From positions 1 to 61,485 of the forward strand of contig CAZCDM010000001.1 of NCBI GenBank assembly GCA_964497475.1: 61,485 nucleotides of DNA. Reading direction: 5' to 3'. Source of the stretch: an uncultured Planctomycetaceae bacterium (GTDB lineage: Bacteria; Planctomycetota; Phycisphaerae; SM23-33). The notes beneath the pieces were generated by a model. It was not told the origin of the DNA and made no database searches. It saw only the letters and a program-made list of their open reading frames with translations. The translations under genes were made by a program, and so were the position numbers. Shown here piece after piece: positions 29,701 through 41,700 of this stretch (position 1 is the first letter of the stretch; every line of letters starts with the position of its first letter).

Positions 29701-32700
29701 GGCCTTTGCCAGTGACCTGGCCGTCATGGAAGACCTCGCTCTGGATCTGGGTATGGATCTGGGCGATTCGTCCCTGGCCGAACTCTACACCGAAGCCCTG
29801 GCCAACATGAACGCCTCCGTGGCCGGGCAGGTCGATCTGGTGATCGACTTCAGCGGGTCGGAGGTGAGCCTGGCCGTGGAAGATCTCGAACTGTCCGGCT
29901 CGGCCGAGCTGGACGTCACTGACTTCGAGGCCGGGCTGGTCGTTGGCCCGCTGGCGATGACTGCCGGTGGCGCGTCGACGGGCAGCGGTCTGCACTTCGC
30001 CGTCCAGGCCGACTTGGCCTTGGATCGCGATCCGGCCGCGGTCGTTGCGGGCGATACTCGCTTTACCCTCGGCGAATTACTCGATGGCTCGGCCCTGAGT
30101 CACCTTGTCGCCAGCATCGACGGCGATGCCTGGGCCAAGCTCCAGGGGCTGGCCCTGGAAAGTGGAACGGGCGCGTTCGATGTGCCCATCGCCTCCGATG
30201 CACAGGTCTCCATCTGGCTGCCTGATCTGGGCGGCGATAATGCTCCGGCCCAGCTGGCCGATTTCCTGGCCAGCAAGACCCTCCAAGGGCATGTCGTCAC
30301 AGAGGTCGGCTCGCCCGGCGATCCGGGCTACATGATCGTCGTCTATCCCGACCTCGGCGATGCGCTGTCGCTGGGCAACCTCACCCGCGGCGACCTGATC
30401 AACGCGCTGTTCGAAGGCCTCGATCTGCTCGACGGACTTCTCAGCGACATGAGCTTCTACAACCAGGACCTGCCGCTGGTCAACCAGTCCCCGGCCGACC
30501 TGTTCGACTTCCTCTCGCGGATGCGCGTGGCCATCCAGTCGATCGATATCAACTGGGATGGCTTTGACTGGGGCACGCTGGACTTCGGCCACTTCGACTG
30601 GAGCGGCCTGAACTGGGGCGGGATCGACTTTGGCGCGTTGAACTTCGGAACCTTCGGCTGGGCATCGGGTGGCGGAGCCACCGACGGGTTGAACCTCGGC
30701 TCGTTGGATATCAGCGGCCTGGACTTCGGGGCCTTCGACTGGCGGCGGTTCGACTGGACGGCCCTGACCGGCGGGGCTCTGTCGACCAGCGGTGCGAACT
30801 GGGCAGCGATGGACTGGAGCCCGTTGAACCTTGGTTCCCTGAATCTCGGTCAGCTGGACCTCAGTGGACTGGACTTTGGCCAACTCGACTGGAGCGGATT
30901 CGACTGGGCGGGTCTGTTCGGGCAACTCGATCTCGGCCAGCTCGACTGGAGCCGTCTCGATGTAAGCGGAATGGACTTCGGGGGCATTGATCTCAGCAGC
31001 TTCGACCGCAATGCCGATCCGTCCACGTGGAATTGGGCCAGCGTCGATTTCAGCGGGTTCGACTGGGCGGGCCTGAACTGGGGCGAGCTGAACTGGGGCG
31101 AGCTGAACTGGGATGCCGTGGACTTCAGCCAGCTTGACTGGTCGAACATGAACTGGCCCAGCGGCCTGTTCGAGGGCCTCAACTGGGGCGATCTGAACTG
31201 GGGCGATCTGGACTGGGCTGCCGTGGACTACAGTCCGATTGATTCCTCCTTCGATCCGGCGGGCATTGACTGGGCCTCGATTGATTTCAGCGGCTTGGAT
31301 TTCGGCTCGATCGACTTCAGCAAACTCAACTGGGCCAGCCTCGACTGGGCGAATTTCGACTGGGGCGGCCTGGACTTCGCCGGGCTGGACTTCAGCGGCT
31401 TTGATTTCGGCTCGCTCGACTGGAATGCCCCGAATCTGGGCGCCCTGGACTGGTCGGGCCTGAACTGGGGCGAGCTGAACTTCGCCGGCATCGATATCGG
31501 CGGCGGGATCCAGTCGTTGGAGACCAGCATTGAAAAGGCCCTCGGCATCGCGGAAGACAATTCCCTCGATCCGATGGATCAGATATTCTCGCTGTGGATG
31601 GACGGCCAGAGCTTGCGGGTTCATCTGGACACGGACATGTTCTACCACGAGCAGATCACCTTCAACCTCGAACTGGCAGAGTTGCTGGCCGACGCCGGTG
31701 TCGATCCGGAGGTGATGGACATCCTCAGCCAGCTCGTCGCCGCCGATGGCAGCGGCACGCTGGACCTGGCCGCCTTTGCCGAGATCGGGATGGACCTGGA
31801 GATCGACCTCTCCGATGGCACGCCGGTTGTCCAGTTGATGGACTATGACGTTGCCAGCGGTTCCGGAACCCATTTCGATGCCGGCCTGAAGGTGATCGGG
31901 AGCAATCTGGACCTGACGGTTACCGCCGGCGAGGGGCTGTTGAGCCTGGCCATCGATGATGGTACGGTCACCGTCGATGCCGATGGCGACTCGGCCACCA
32001 ATCCCGAGCAGGGCGATCCGAACCTGTTTGTCGATTTCGATTCGTTCCAGGCCCAGTGGGACGCTTTCCTGGCGGCGAACCCGGGCTTCGAGCTGACCGG
32101 CTATGACTTCTCCGACCCGACCGACCTGCAGCAACTCTACGGCCAGAGCGTCCACTTCCTCGATTGGGTTCGATTCATTGGCGGCATGCCGGTGTTCGAC
32201 CTGTCGGCCTATGATCTCAGCGACTTCCTGACCTTCTCCGTCCACAAGACCGCCTCCGGCGTGGATGCGGCCCTGGGTGGCAGCTTCGATGTCAACCTGC
32301 CGGTCACACTCGACCTCAACGGCTACATCGACGATCTGGACAATGTCCCGATCCATCTCGGCGGCTCGTTCAGCCTGGCCGATGGCCTGAGCCTCGCGAC
32401 CCCGACGCTGCCTGATATCGCCGGGGCCCTGGGCGAGAATCTCGCCGATATCGGCATTGACTTGATGCTCCAGAGCCTCGCCGATCAGATCACCAACGCC
32501 AAGGATGCTCTCGTTGGCAGCATCGACCTTGACCAGCCCATCGCCGGAACCGACGCGACGATCAACTCGCTGCTGGGTGACGGCGGGGCCGAGGCCTTCC
32601 TCAGCATCGATCAGCACATCCACGAGTATATCGACTCCGTCACCGACTGGACCGCCCTGAGCCCGACCGAAGTGGCCGCCGGACTGATGGACTACCTCAA

Positions 32701-35700
32701 CGATCACTGGGTGCCGACCCTGCCGGGCAGCCTGGGCGGAACCAGCCCGTTCTCTATCGAGATGCTCCGCAGCGATGGTGCGATCAGTGGCTTTACGCTC
32801 GGTTTCGACGGAGAGGTCGCCTTCGCCGAGCAACTCATGCTTGACCTGGCCGATCAACTGGGCTCGGCCGGCATTGAGGTCGAGGCGGACATGAACTTCG
32901 GCGTCGATGTCGAAGCGGCCCTGGATTTCGACCTGACGATCGACTGGGCTCACGATGTGACCGACTTCACTCTCAACTCCCTCCGATTCGATGCCAACGC
33001 AGACGCGGCCGACATCCTTGCGGCGATTACCATCGGCCCGCTGGAAGCCTCGATCGGCCATGACGAATACGAAAAGGGCAGGGTCAACTTCGGCCTGGGT
33101 CTGCTGGCCCAGACCACCGGCGGGAGCCTGCAGTTCGAGCCGACCGCGTCCCTGCTGGTCGAGCTGCCGCTGTATGCTTCGATCGGTGGCATCAGCTTCA
33201 GTGCCGACGGCACGCCCGTGGCGAACGTCAAGTACACGAACCTCGACCTGTTCGGCGGCGGCAGCCAGGCCGACTTCGACACACTCCTGCAGGTCGATCT
33301 GGTCGACCTCAATCAGCTGATCGATGAAAATCTCATCAGCCAAGCCGACCTCAAGGACGGCTTGCGGCTGGGCGTTGATGCCCTCGTCACCGCCGGTCTG
33401 ATCAACGCTGGCGATCTCGATTCCATCGCCCGCGTGAATCTCGCGGCGCTACTGGAGACGGGGCTGGTTGATCTCCAGGCCCTGGCCGATGCGGGCCTGG
33501 TCGATCTCAGCGACCTGCGGAACCTGGGCGATTACGACCTCGATACGCTGATCGATGCCGACCTGGCCGATCTCGGGGAACTGGTCACCGCCGGAAAGAT
33601 CACCCAGGCCGACCTCGCCGACGGGCTGGCCGTCTCGGCCGGTGAGCTCATCGCCAACAATCTGATGACACTGGCCGATCTGATTGACAATCAGTACGTC
33701 GTGCTGGGCGACTTCAACGATCTCGGCCAGGCCGATCTGGACGATCTTCTGGCCGACGAGATTGTCGATTTCCTCGAACTGGCTGCCACCGGGTTCATCA
33801 CGGAAATCGACGTCGACGACTTGGGTTCCATGGCCCCGGCCGATGTCATCACCGCCTTGCCGAACGTGACGATGACCGACCTGGCCGAGCATATCACCGG
33901 CGGGCAGGTTGATCTCGATGCCGTCCTGGGCCTGGCCAACGTGACCCTCACGCAGATGGTTGAGGTCGGGCTGGTCGACGCAGCGAATCTGGACGATTTG
34001 GGACTGGCCCTGCAGGCCGACGTGGAAACCGCTTTGGGCATGACGGCCGGCGATCTCGATTCCCTGGCTGACGAAAATGGAAATGTCGACCTTGATGACG
34101 TTTTAGCCATGGCGGGGGTTTCCCTGCTGGACATGGTCAACGCCCAGCTGGTCGTCGCCGCCGATCTGCTTGACCTCGGCCTGGTCGATACGTCAACTGT
34201 CCTGGCCGGGTTGACGCATCTTTCGGCCGCTGATTTTGCCGACGATATCGTCGGCGGGCAGATTGACCTCAACGACGTGCTCGGGCTGGACAATGTGACC
34301 CTCACGCAGATGATCCAGGCTTCGATGACCACGCAGGCCGACCTGCTTGATTTGGGCCAGGCCGATCTGAGTGCATTGGTTGCCGGCGACCTGGCGAGTC
34401 TGGCCGACTTGGAATCTGACTCCTATATCGATGAGACGTTCCTCAAAGAGACGGCCTCGGCTTTGGTCGATTCGCTGCTCAATGACAGCCTGACCACCCT
34501 TGGTGAGTTGGTGGCAAGCCATCTCGTGACCCGCAGCGATCTGATCGATCAGCCCCTGGCCGATCTGGCTGAGCTGATAGCTGAGGATCTCGTCGATGTC
34601 GGCGGTCTCTTCGCGTCCGACATGCTGGACATCAACAATCTGGCTGGTCTGGGCGAGACAGCTCTCAGCGACCTGCTGGCGGCGACCAGCCTTTCCACCG
34701 GACAACTCAATGACCTGCTCGAAGTCGATGTGCAGGACCTGCTGAGCAATTCCTCGGTGACCCTGGCCGGGCTGATCTCCGGCGGGTTCATCTCGCACGG
34801 CGACTTCGCTGATCTGGGCAAGGCTCTCATCGGCGATCTCACCGCTGCCGGCGGGCTGCTGGAAGGTCTCCAGCTCGGCCTTGTGCCTGAGGGCATGGAC
34901 AACTTCCAGGTCATGCTCACCAACTTCGTGGCGGGGTATCTCAACGACCTGGCCGGCGAGCTGGTCAGCCTGCGGGAAGATCTCGCCGTCGAGTACGATG
35001 AGCAGGGCAATCGCATCAGCGACCACGTGCTGAGCAATCAGATCGCCGGGACCGATGCGAGCATCGACTCGCTGCTGGGGCTCAGCGATCTGCTCGGCCT
35101 GGGCGACTACATCCAGCATTACCTCCATCCGTATCTCAACCCGGGCGTCGATCTGCCGGCTGGCGATCCGATCCCTGTCGGGACTTATGCGGGCTATCCG
35201 ACCCTCAGCGGCCTGATGGAGTATCTCGACGTGAACTGGCTGCCGACTCTGAGTGCTCGCGACGGGGCGGGCATGAGCTACGAGCTGACGGAGAACGGCT
35301 TTGCCATCGACTTCGACGCCGATGTGACCTACAGCGACGAGATCGGTTTGCGACTTGGCGCCGAGGCCGACGAGTTGGGCTTCAAATTTGACGGAAATGC
35401 CGACATTGACGTCGACGTGACCAGCAATATCGACTTCGAGCTTGAACTGGACTGGCTGACGGGCGATTTCGGCTTTAACCTCAACGAGCTGGGCTTCCAG
35501 GCTGACGTATCCACAGACAACCTGGTACTCGAGGGCATACTCGGCCCGATTGAACTGGGTCTGGGCAGCAGTGAAAGTGGCGAGGAAATGGCCTCGGCCG
35601 CCCTGAGCCTCGGCGGGGCGATCAGCCTGGTTGACGGCGTCTTCGGCTTCACGCCGGCGACAAACACCATCGACGTCGATCTGCCCGTCTATGCCGAACT

Positions 35701-38700
35701 GGCTGGGGTGGATCTGGGCAATGGCGAGCGGCCTCGATTGATGCTCAGCGGAAGCCTCTTCGATGCGGGCGGCCCGACCTTCAGCCACGAGCATCTCGAC
35801 TCGCTGTTGAGCTTCTCGGACTTCGGCCCGATGGACCTGATCGTGATGTTCCAGGATACCCTCACCTGGCTGGAAGACTTCCGGGACAGCGACCTGTTCC
35901 AGACGGAAATTCCCTTCGTGAATCTCTCGCTGAGCGACGTGCTGGACTTTGCCAGTGCCTTTGATGAGAACATCCTCAGCAGGATCGATTTCCAGAAACC
36001 CTACGTCGAGCTGGCCAGTGGCACCGATGGCGTGCTGACGCTCGACAGCGACTTGTTTACCTCGACGGCAGTGACGTTCGATAGCGATTGGGTGGGCGAA
36101 CAGATTACCCTGGATGGCATTGACACGTTCACCATTGAAGAGGTCATCGATGACAACACCGTTCGCCTGGACGGTGTGGCCAACGGCGATCTGGCCGACG
36201 TGGTCTTCGCTGTCCACGAGCCGCAGGGCGACATTGAGACGATGCAGGAATTCGTTACCGCGGTGAATAACTCGGGCATCCTCGGTGGCCTGTCGCTTGG
36301 ATACGACCCGGCTGAACAGGTCTTCACGATTCCACTGTCGTTTGACATGAGCCTCCCGGCCGATCAGTTCAATGACCTGCCCATCGATCTGGGCTTCGAT
36401 CTGGGCGGTGATCTGGCCGGTGTGGATATCAACGCCGATGCCGACCTGACCGCCGATGTCCACGGTGCGTTTGACCTGGTGGTCGATTTCGATCCCAACT
36501 CGCTTCCGGCGATGATGATCGACAATGCCACAATCACCGCCAACGCGGCGTTTGACGTCTCAGGCCTGACGGCCGAGGCCATGCTGGGCTTCCTGCGGCT
36601 GACAGCCGGCGGACCTGACAGCGGCGTGCACTTCGCCGCTACCGCCACGGCCATGCTGGACCGCGACGGCGATGCCACCACCACCGACGACCGGCTGTTC
36701 GGATTTGACGACCTGATCAACGGGGAATTGGTCGATTCGTTCGACTTCGAGTTCACCGGCGATGCCTGGGCCCGCTTGCGGAGTCTCTCGGCTGGTACCG
36801 GCACGTGGGACGTGCCCATCGCCGAAGACGCGGAAATATCTGTCACCCTGCCGGACCTGACCGACTGGTCGACCGTCGAGGTTGTCACGCCGGACCTCTC
36901 GGGGTTGCTTGATTTCAGCGGCATTGACTTCCAGACCATCATCGACGCTCTGCAGATGGGGGTGGACATCGTCCAGCAGTCGCTGGCCGACCAACCCTTC
37001 TACAATGCGACCATTCCCGTCATCAACACGTCGCTGGCCGACACATTTGCTTTCATTGACGGCTTCATTGATCAGATCGACGAGGCGGCCTCGAACCCCG
37101 CCGGTGCGATCCAGGATGTCGAGGAAGCCATTGAGCGGGCTCTGGGCATTGACGACGCCGAAATCGACGGGTCCGGCCAGGCGATCGCAGCGCATGAGCA
37201 GGCATTCGCCCTGACGCTCGATACCGTCAATGAGGTTCTCAACGTTCACATCAACTGGGGCGCGGTCTACGCCGATGCGTTCGGCTTTAACCTCGATATG
37301 ATGGGCCTGTCGGGCGGCTTCGAACAGATTGCCAATTTTATGGACGTCAGTGCCGAGTTGGCGCTGGAAGCCTTTGCCGATCTGGTCATCGATGCGGGGA
37401 TCGACTACAGCACGCTCGGCCAGGGCGGGGGCCTGCCGGAAATCTTCCTCTATGATTACAACGACACCTTCGACCCGGCCGATGCGAGCTCGATCGAGGG
37501 AACCCACGTCGAAATCGGCGCACGGGTTTACGGCGACGACCTCAATCTCGCCTTGGACTTTGGCCCGCTGCAGGTCGGCGTGCTCAACGGCTGGGTCACG
37601 CTTGACGGCGATGGCGATGCCACCACGGACGACTTTGCTACGGTGCTGGTCTACCTCGATCAGGAGGACGAATCCGAGATCGCCGACGATGGCCGATACC
37701 ACTTTGGCCAGGAGTCGCTGCTCGATAAGAACCTCCAGTATGATATTACCGGCGGGTTCGATGTGACGCTTCCGCTGGATATGACCGTGCTTGGCCTGGA
37801 CCTGCCGGTCGGTGAGGATCTCTACATCCGCGCCCTGGCCGAAGACGGTCAGCCCAGCCCGCTGAAGCAGATGTTCACGTCGCTGATCGATCCGGATACC
37901 AGCTTGGGCGACATTCTCGAACCGGGCACGGGCATTCTCGATACCAATGCCCAGACCGTCCTGACTGAAATTCTGAACAAGTTTGATCTTAACGGCGGGA
38001 TGTTCTCGCTGCTGGGCCTGCTGAACGATCCGTCCTTCCTGCTGGATGGGGTGGACCTGGCCCTGGGCAGCCTGGAAGACGTGCTGAGCTCGAACCTGGC
38101 TGTCGACCTGCCACTGATCGGCGATAAATTGGCCAACGCGGCCGACTTCCTCCAAGAGATGCGGACGGGCATGCTTGCCGACCTGCGCGAGAAGCTCAGC
38201 GGCAACGGAAAGGCTATCGAGTACATCCAGGAAACCCTCTGGGACGTATTCGGCCCGACCGGTATGGATATCGTGCTGGACACCAACGCCGATGGCAGCA
38301 TCACGCTGGCCGATGTGATGGTCGGCTGGTACGACGCGAACGGAGTGTGGCTGGAAAGCTGGGAAGTTGGCGATGCGATTCCCGAAAACGCCGACGCCGT
38401 TCAGTTCGACGTGGCCCTGGGCGGGACCGCCTTTGCCACCGGTATCGACATCCCGCTGGATATCGACCTGCCGGGCTTTAGCCTGAACGTCGATGGTGGC
38501 TTTGCCCTGGAGATGGGCTGGAGCTTCGACTTTGGCATGGGCATCAGTCTGCTGGACGGGTTCTACCTGGCGACCAATGAAAGCGGCGAGAACCCCGAGC
38601 TGGAAGTCGGCATTAACGCCTTCCTTGATGGCGAGCCGATGGATCCTGACGTCACCACACGCTTCGACGCGGAAGGCAAGCTGCTGTTCTTCAAGGCCAC

Positions 38701-41700
38701 CGTGGAAGATACCGATCGCGATCCGGATACGCCGGGCTTCCAGCCGGGCGGGCTCTTCGGCGGTCTGACGGTCGATATTATCGGCAATGAACGTGACCGT
38801 CTGACACTTGACCGGATGCTGACGAACTTCAAGGATTCCTTCGACGTTTCGATGGGGGTCGAGGCCGACCTGTTGCTGGATATGACGTTGGCGATCGACG
38901 GCGCCGGCGGCCTGCCGACGCTCAAGGCCGACTTCGTCTTTGACTGGGCCTGGAATCTCGGCGAGGAAATGGAACTGCCCGATATCGGCCTGCAGAATGT
39001 TCGCATCGATGTGGGCGGCTTCGTACGCGACTTCCTCAAGCCGATTGTCGAGAAGATCAGTGACGTCCTCGAGCCCTTCATCCCGCTGGTCGACGTGCTG
39101 ACCCAGGATCTGCCCGGCCTGGATCAGATTCTCGACGATCCGAACCTCATGGGCCTGATCAACCTGATCCTCGAGCTCAAGGGGCGCAAGGCCATCGACT
39201 GGTCGTTCGTCTACGCCGTCGACGGGTTCATTGACTTCGTCCAGACCGTTAACAACATGACCACGGCCAGCGGTGAAATCCTGCTGGGCGACCTGATGGG
39301 CCTGGCCTCGGGGAACATCCAAGCCCGTGAGAAAGCCACCCTCGATGACTTCCCGACCGAGGTCACGATGGAAGGCACGAACAGCAGCTTCAATGCCGCC
39401 AGCATGCCGTTTGTCTACTCCGGCAAGAACGCCGATGGCAAGCCGAAGATCCTCTTCGGCCCCGACGAGGGCGACACCCCGGCCATGCTGCGGTTTGATT
39501 ACATCTTCGACCTGCAGAACTGGATGCAACTGCTTTCGGGCGGCGATGCGACGTTGTTCACCTTCGACGTTCCGAAACTGGAAGTCTCCTTCGACTTCTA
39601 TCAGACGCTGGTGACCTTCCCGCTCGGACCGGTTCTGCTCGATATCAGTGCATTCGGCAAGTTCAAGGCCATGGCCGACCTGGCCTTTGGATACGATACC
39701 TACGGCATTCGCCAGGCTATCCGGAGCCGCAACCCGTGGGACGCATTCGACGGGTTCTTCGTGGCGGATTACTCCCTGGCCACCTGGACGGAAAAGCCCG
39801 AGCTGACCTTCAGTGCTGAAATCGGGCTGGCCGCAGCAATCAACGTGATTCTCGTCGAGGCCGGCCTGGAAGGCAGCCTGATCTTCGAGACCGATATCGA
39901 CCTGCAGGACATTGCGGTTCCCACCCTGTACACCCTCATTGATGCCACGGGTGAGAAATCATCCAATTACGACGAACTGATCGACAAGGTGGATGATACC
40001 TTTGAGATCGGCGGGGTAACCTACGGGCAGGACTGGGAATCGGATGGCAAGATCCGTGCCAGCGAAATTGTCACGATGTGGAATTACGAAAACGGTGGGT
40101 TCAAGAACCTCGTGAACCTGACAGCTGAGCTGCGGTTGAAGATTGCTGCGTTTGTCGATGTGGGAATCAAGATTCCGTTTGTCGGTAAGGTCATGAAGCG
40201 GATCATCGACATTACGCTGGTCGATTCGACTCTGCTGGAGCTGGAATATAACGCGCCCAACGTCCAGCCTGTTCTGGGCGAACTCAGCGGTGGAACCCTG
40301 ACGCTGAACACCGGTGAACGTGCCAGCCAACGGTTGTATCTGGATACCGAAGATGGTGGCGAAAATGTCCGCCTGATCGGCGACAGCAACGACCTGTATG
40401 TGGTCTTTGGCGACTGGGTGCAGAAGTTTGAAGGTGTGACCGAGGTCATTGCCGATGGCGGCGAGGGCGACGATGTCTTTGACGCTTCCGAGGCCACCGG
40501 CATTACGGTGACCTTCGACGGCGGGGCAGGCAAAGACCGCCTGATCACCGGTGAGGCTGGCGGAACCTTGTATGGCGGCCTCGGCAAGGACACGCTCGAT
40601 GGCAGCCTGGCCACGGCGGCAGTGATCCTCGTTGGCGGCGAGGGGGACGATTACCTCATCGGTGGTGTCGGCGATGACAAACTGACCGGCGGGCTGGGTG
40701 ATGATAAACTCATCGCCGGAGCCGGCAATGACGAACTCGACGGCGGCGAAGGAGTTGACACGCTGCAGGGCGGTGCCGGCGACGATACCTATCTCTTCGA
40801 GGAACTTTATGGCATTGACCGCTTCCGCGATACCGAGGGGATCGTCACGCTGGACTTCTCGGCCGTTCACGCACCACTGACCGTTACGGTCAATCGCAGC
40901 GGGATTACGGCCCGGCTGGATGACGGCAGCGAACTCTCGGCCCGTCGTGCCGATATCGATCATGTCAAACTCGGCCTGGGGGATGACCTCGTCGTCATCA
41001 ACGACTTCCCCGAAGGCGAGCTGACCCTGACCGATGCCGGCGGCAGCGACGTATACGAAGTGCACCTCGGCCGGGCCACCTCGCCCAAGGCCGAGGGTAT
41101 CATTGACATCATTGATGAGACCGGCACCGATGACGAAGTCGTCATCGAACAGAAATACGACCGGATGCCCGTCGAGCTGCGCACCTATGAGGTCAAGAAC
41201 GGTCGTGAGGTGCTGACCTTCTCGCAGGAGGTCGAGTACGAAACCCTCATCGGCCAGGCAGCCCAGTTTGACGGCGAGATGATTGAGGGCTATGGCGAGG
41301 GCGTATCCTGGACGAACACGGAAGAAGGCTCGGAAGGCATTTCCGACTTGGGCGATGTGCATTTCCGTGCGATCGGCAAGACTCTCAAGGCCGACAGTGA
41401 ACTGCGGGCGACGGATATCACCATCGAGGTCGCTGAGTTGGTCGATGTCAATGCCAGCCTCGTCGCGACTGATTTCCTGGACATCACCGCCCAGGACCTC
41501 GACGTCGACGCCACCATGCTCGATGCCCCCACGCAAAGCTGGACCCTCACCAACGGAATCGAAATCGATGCGCTGGTTCAGTCCTCTGCCCGCGTCTCCG
41601 CAAGCGGTGCCTACCTGACGTTCAGCGGTACGATGGACTCAGTTGACGTCGACTGGGACATCGTCGGTGCGATCAATCTGACCGGCTCGTTTACTTCGAC

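Larger units (their letters stand above)
23900..37000 (+). repeat. Three diverged copies of a ~3.6-kb (~1,200-aa) super-repeat; approximate boundaries 23.9-27.6, 27.6-32.3 and 32.3-37.0 kb
   Basis: Recurring ordered anchors:
- (Y)LN..W..(T/Q)L at about 24.28, 25.19, 27.91, 28.83, 32.71 and 35.24 kb.
- YIQHYLHP with His codons at 25067, 28706 and 35117.
- ENLGRNL at about 24.88 and 28.51 kb.
- (F/M)Y(N/R)..(I/L)P(V/L)(I/V)N(Q/T)(S/T) at about 26.71, 30.46 and 37.00 kb.

Copies 2 and 3 are lengthened by the inserted arrays annotated separately. Confidence 0.75.

Noticed and set aside
30542-31500. Possible CRISPR array or non-coding microsatellite (15-nt periodic DNA)
   Set aside because: The period is 15 nt with no spacers. 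The units vary mostly at synonymous or conservative positions, are in frame with the giant ORF, and translate to a coherent pentapeptide repeat. No cas genes are present.
30077-33343. Minus-strand ORF of 1,088 aa with striking PV(E/Q)-type repeats
   Set aside because: The apparent repeats (…AEVQPGEVQAAPVEIRPVEAGPVEF…) are simply the reverse-complement reading of the + strand pentapeptide array (LNWGE/LDFSG units). The phase matches the giant ORF. The + reading matches a known repeat class and continues seamlessly into the flanking conserved motifs.
36560-39529. Minus-strand ORFs of 989 aa here, and of 886, 801, 800, 795, 756, 722, 695, 598 and 572 aa elsewhere over 9-58 kb
   Set aside because: All are in the same codon phase as the + giant ORF. 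They have first-position G/C-driven composition (G, A, V, D, E, R, L, P, H, Q) and no domains. They also tile the region end to end, breaking at rare sense TTA/CTA/TCA codons.
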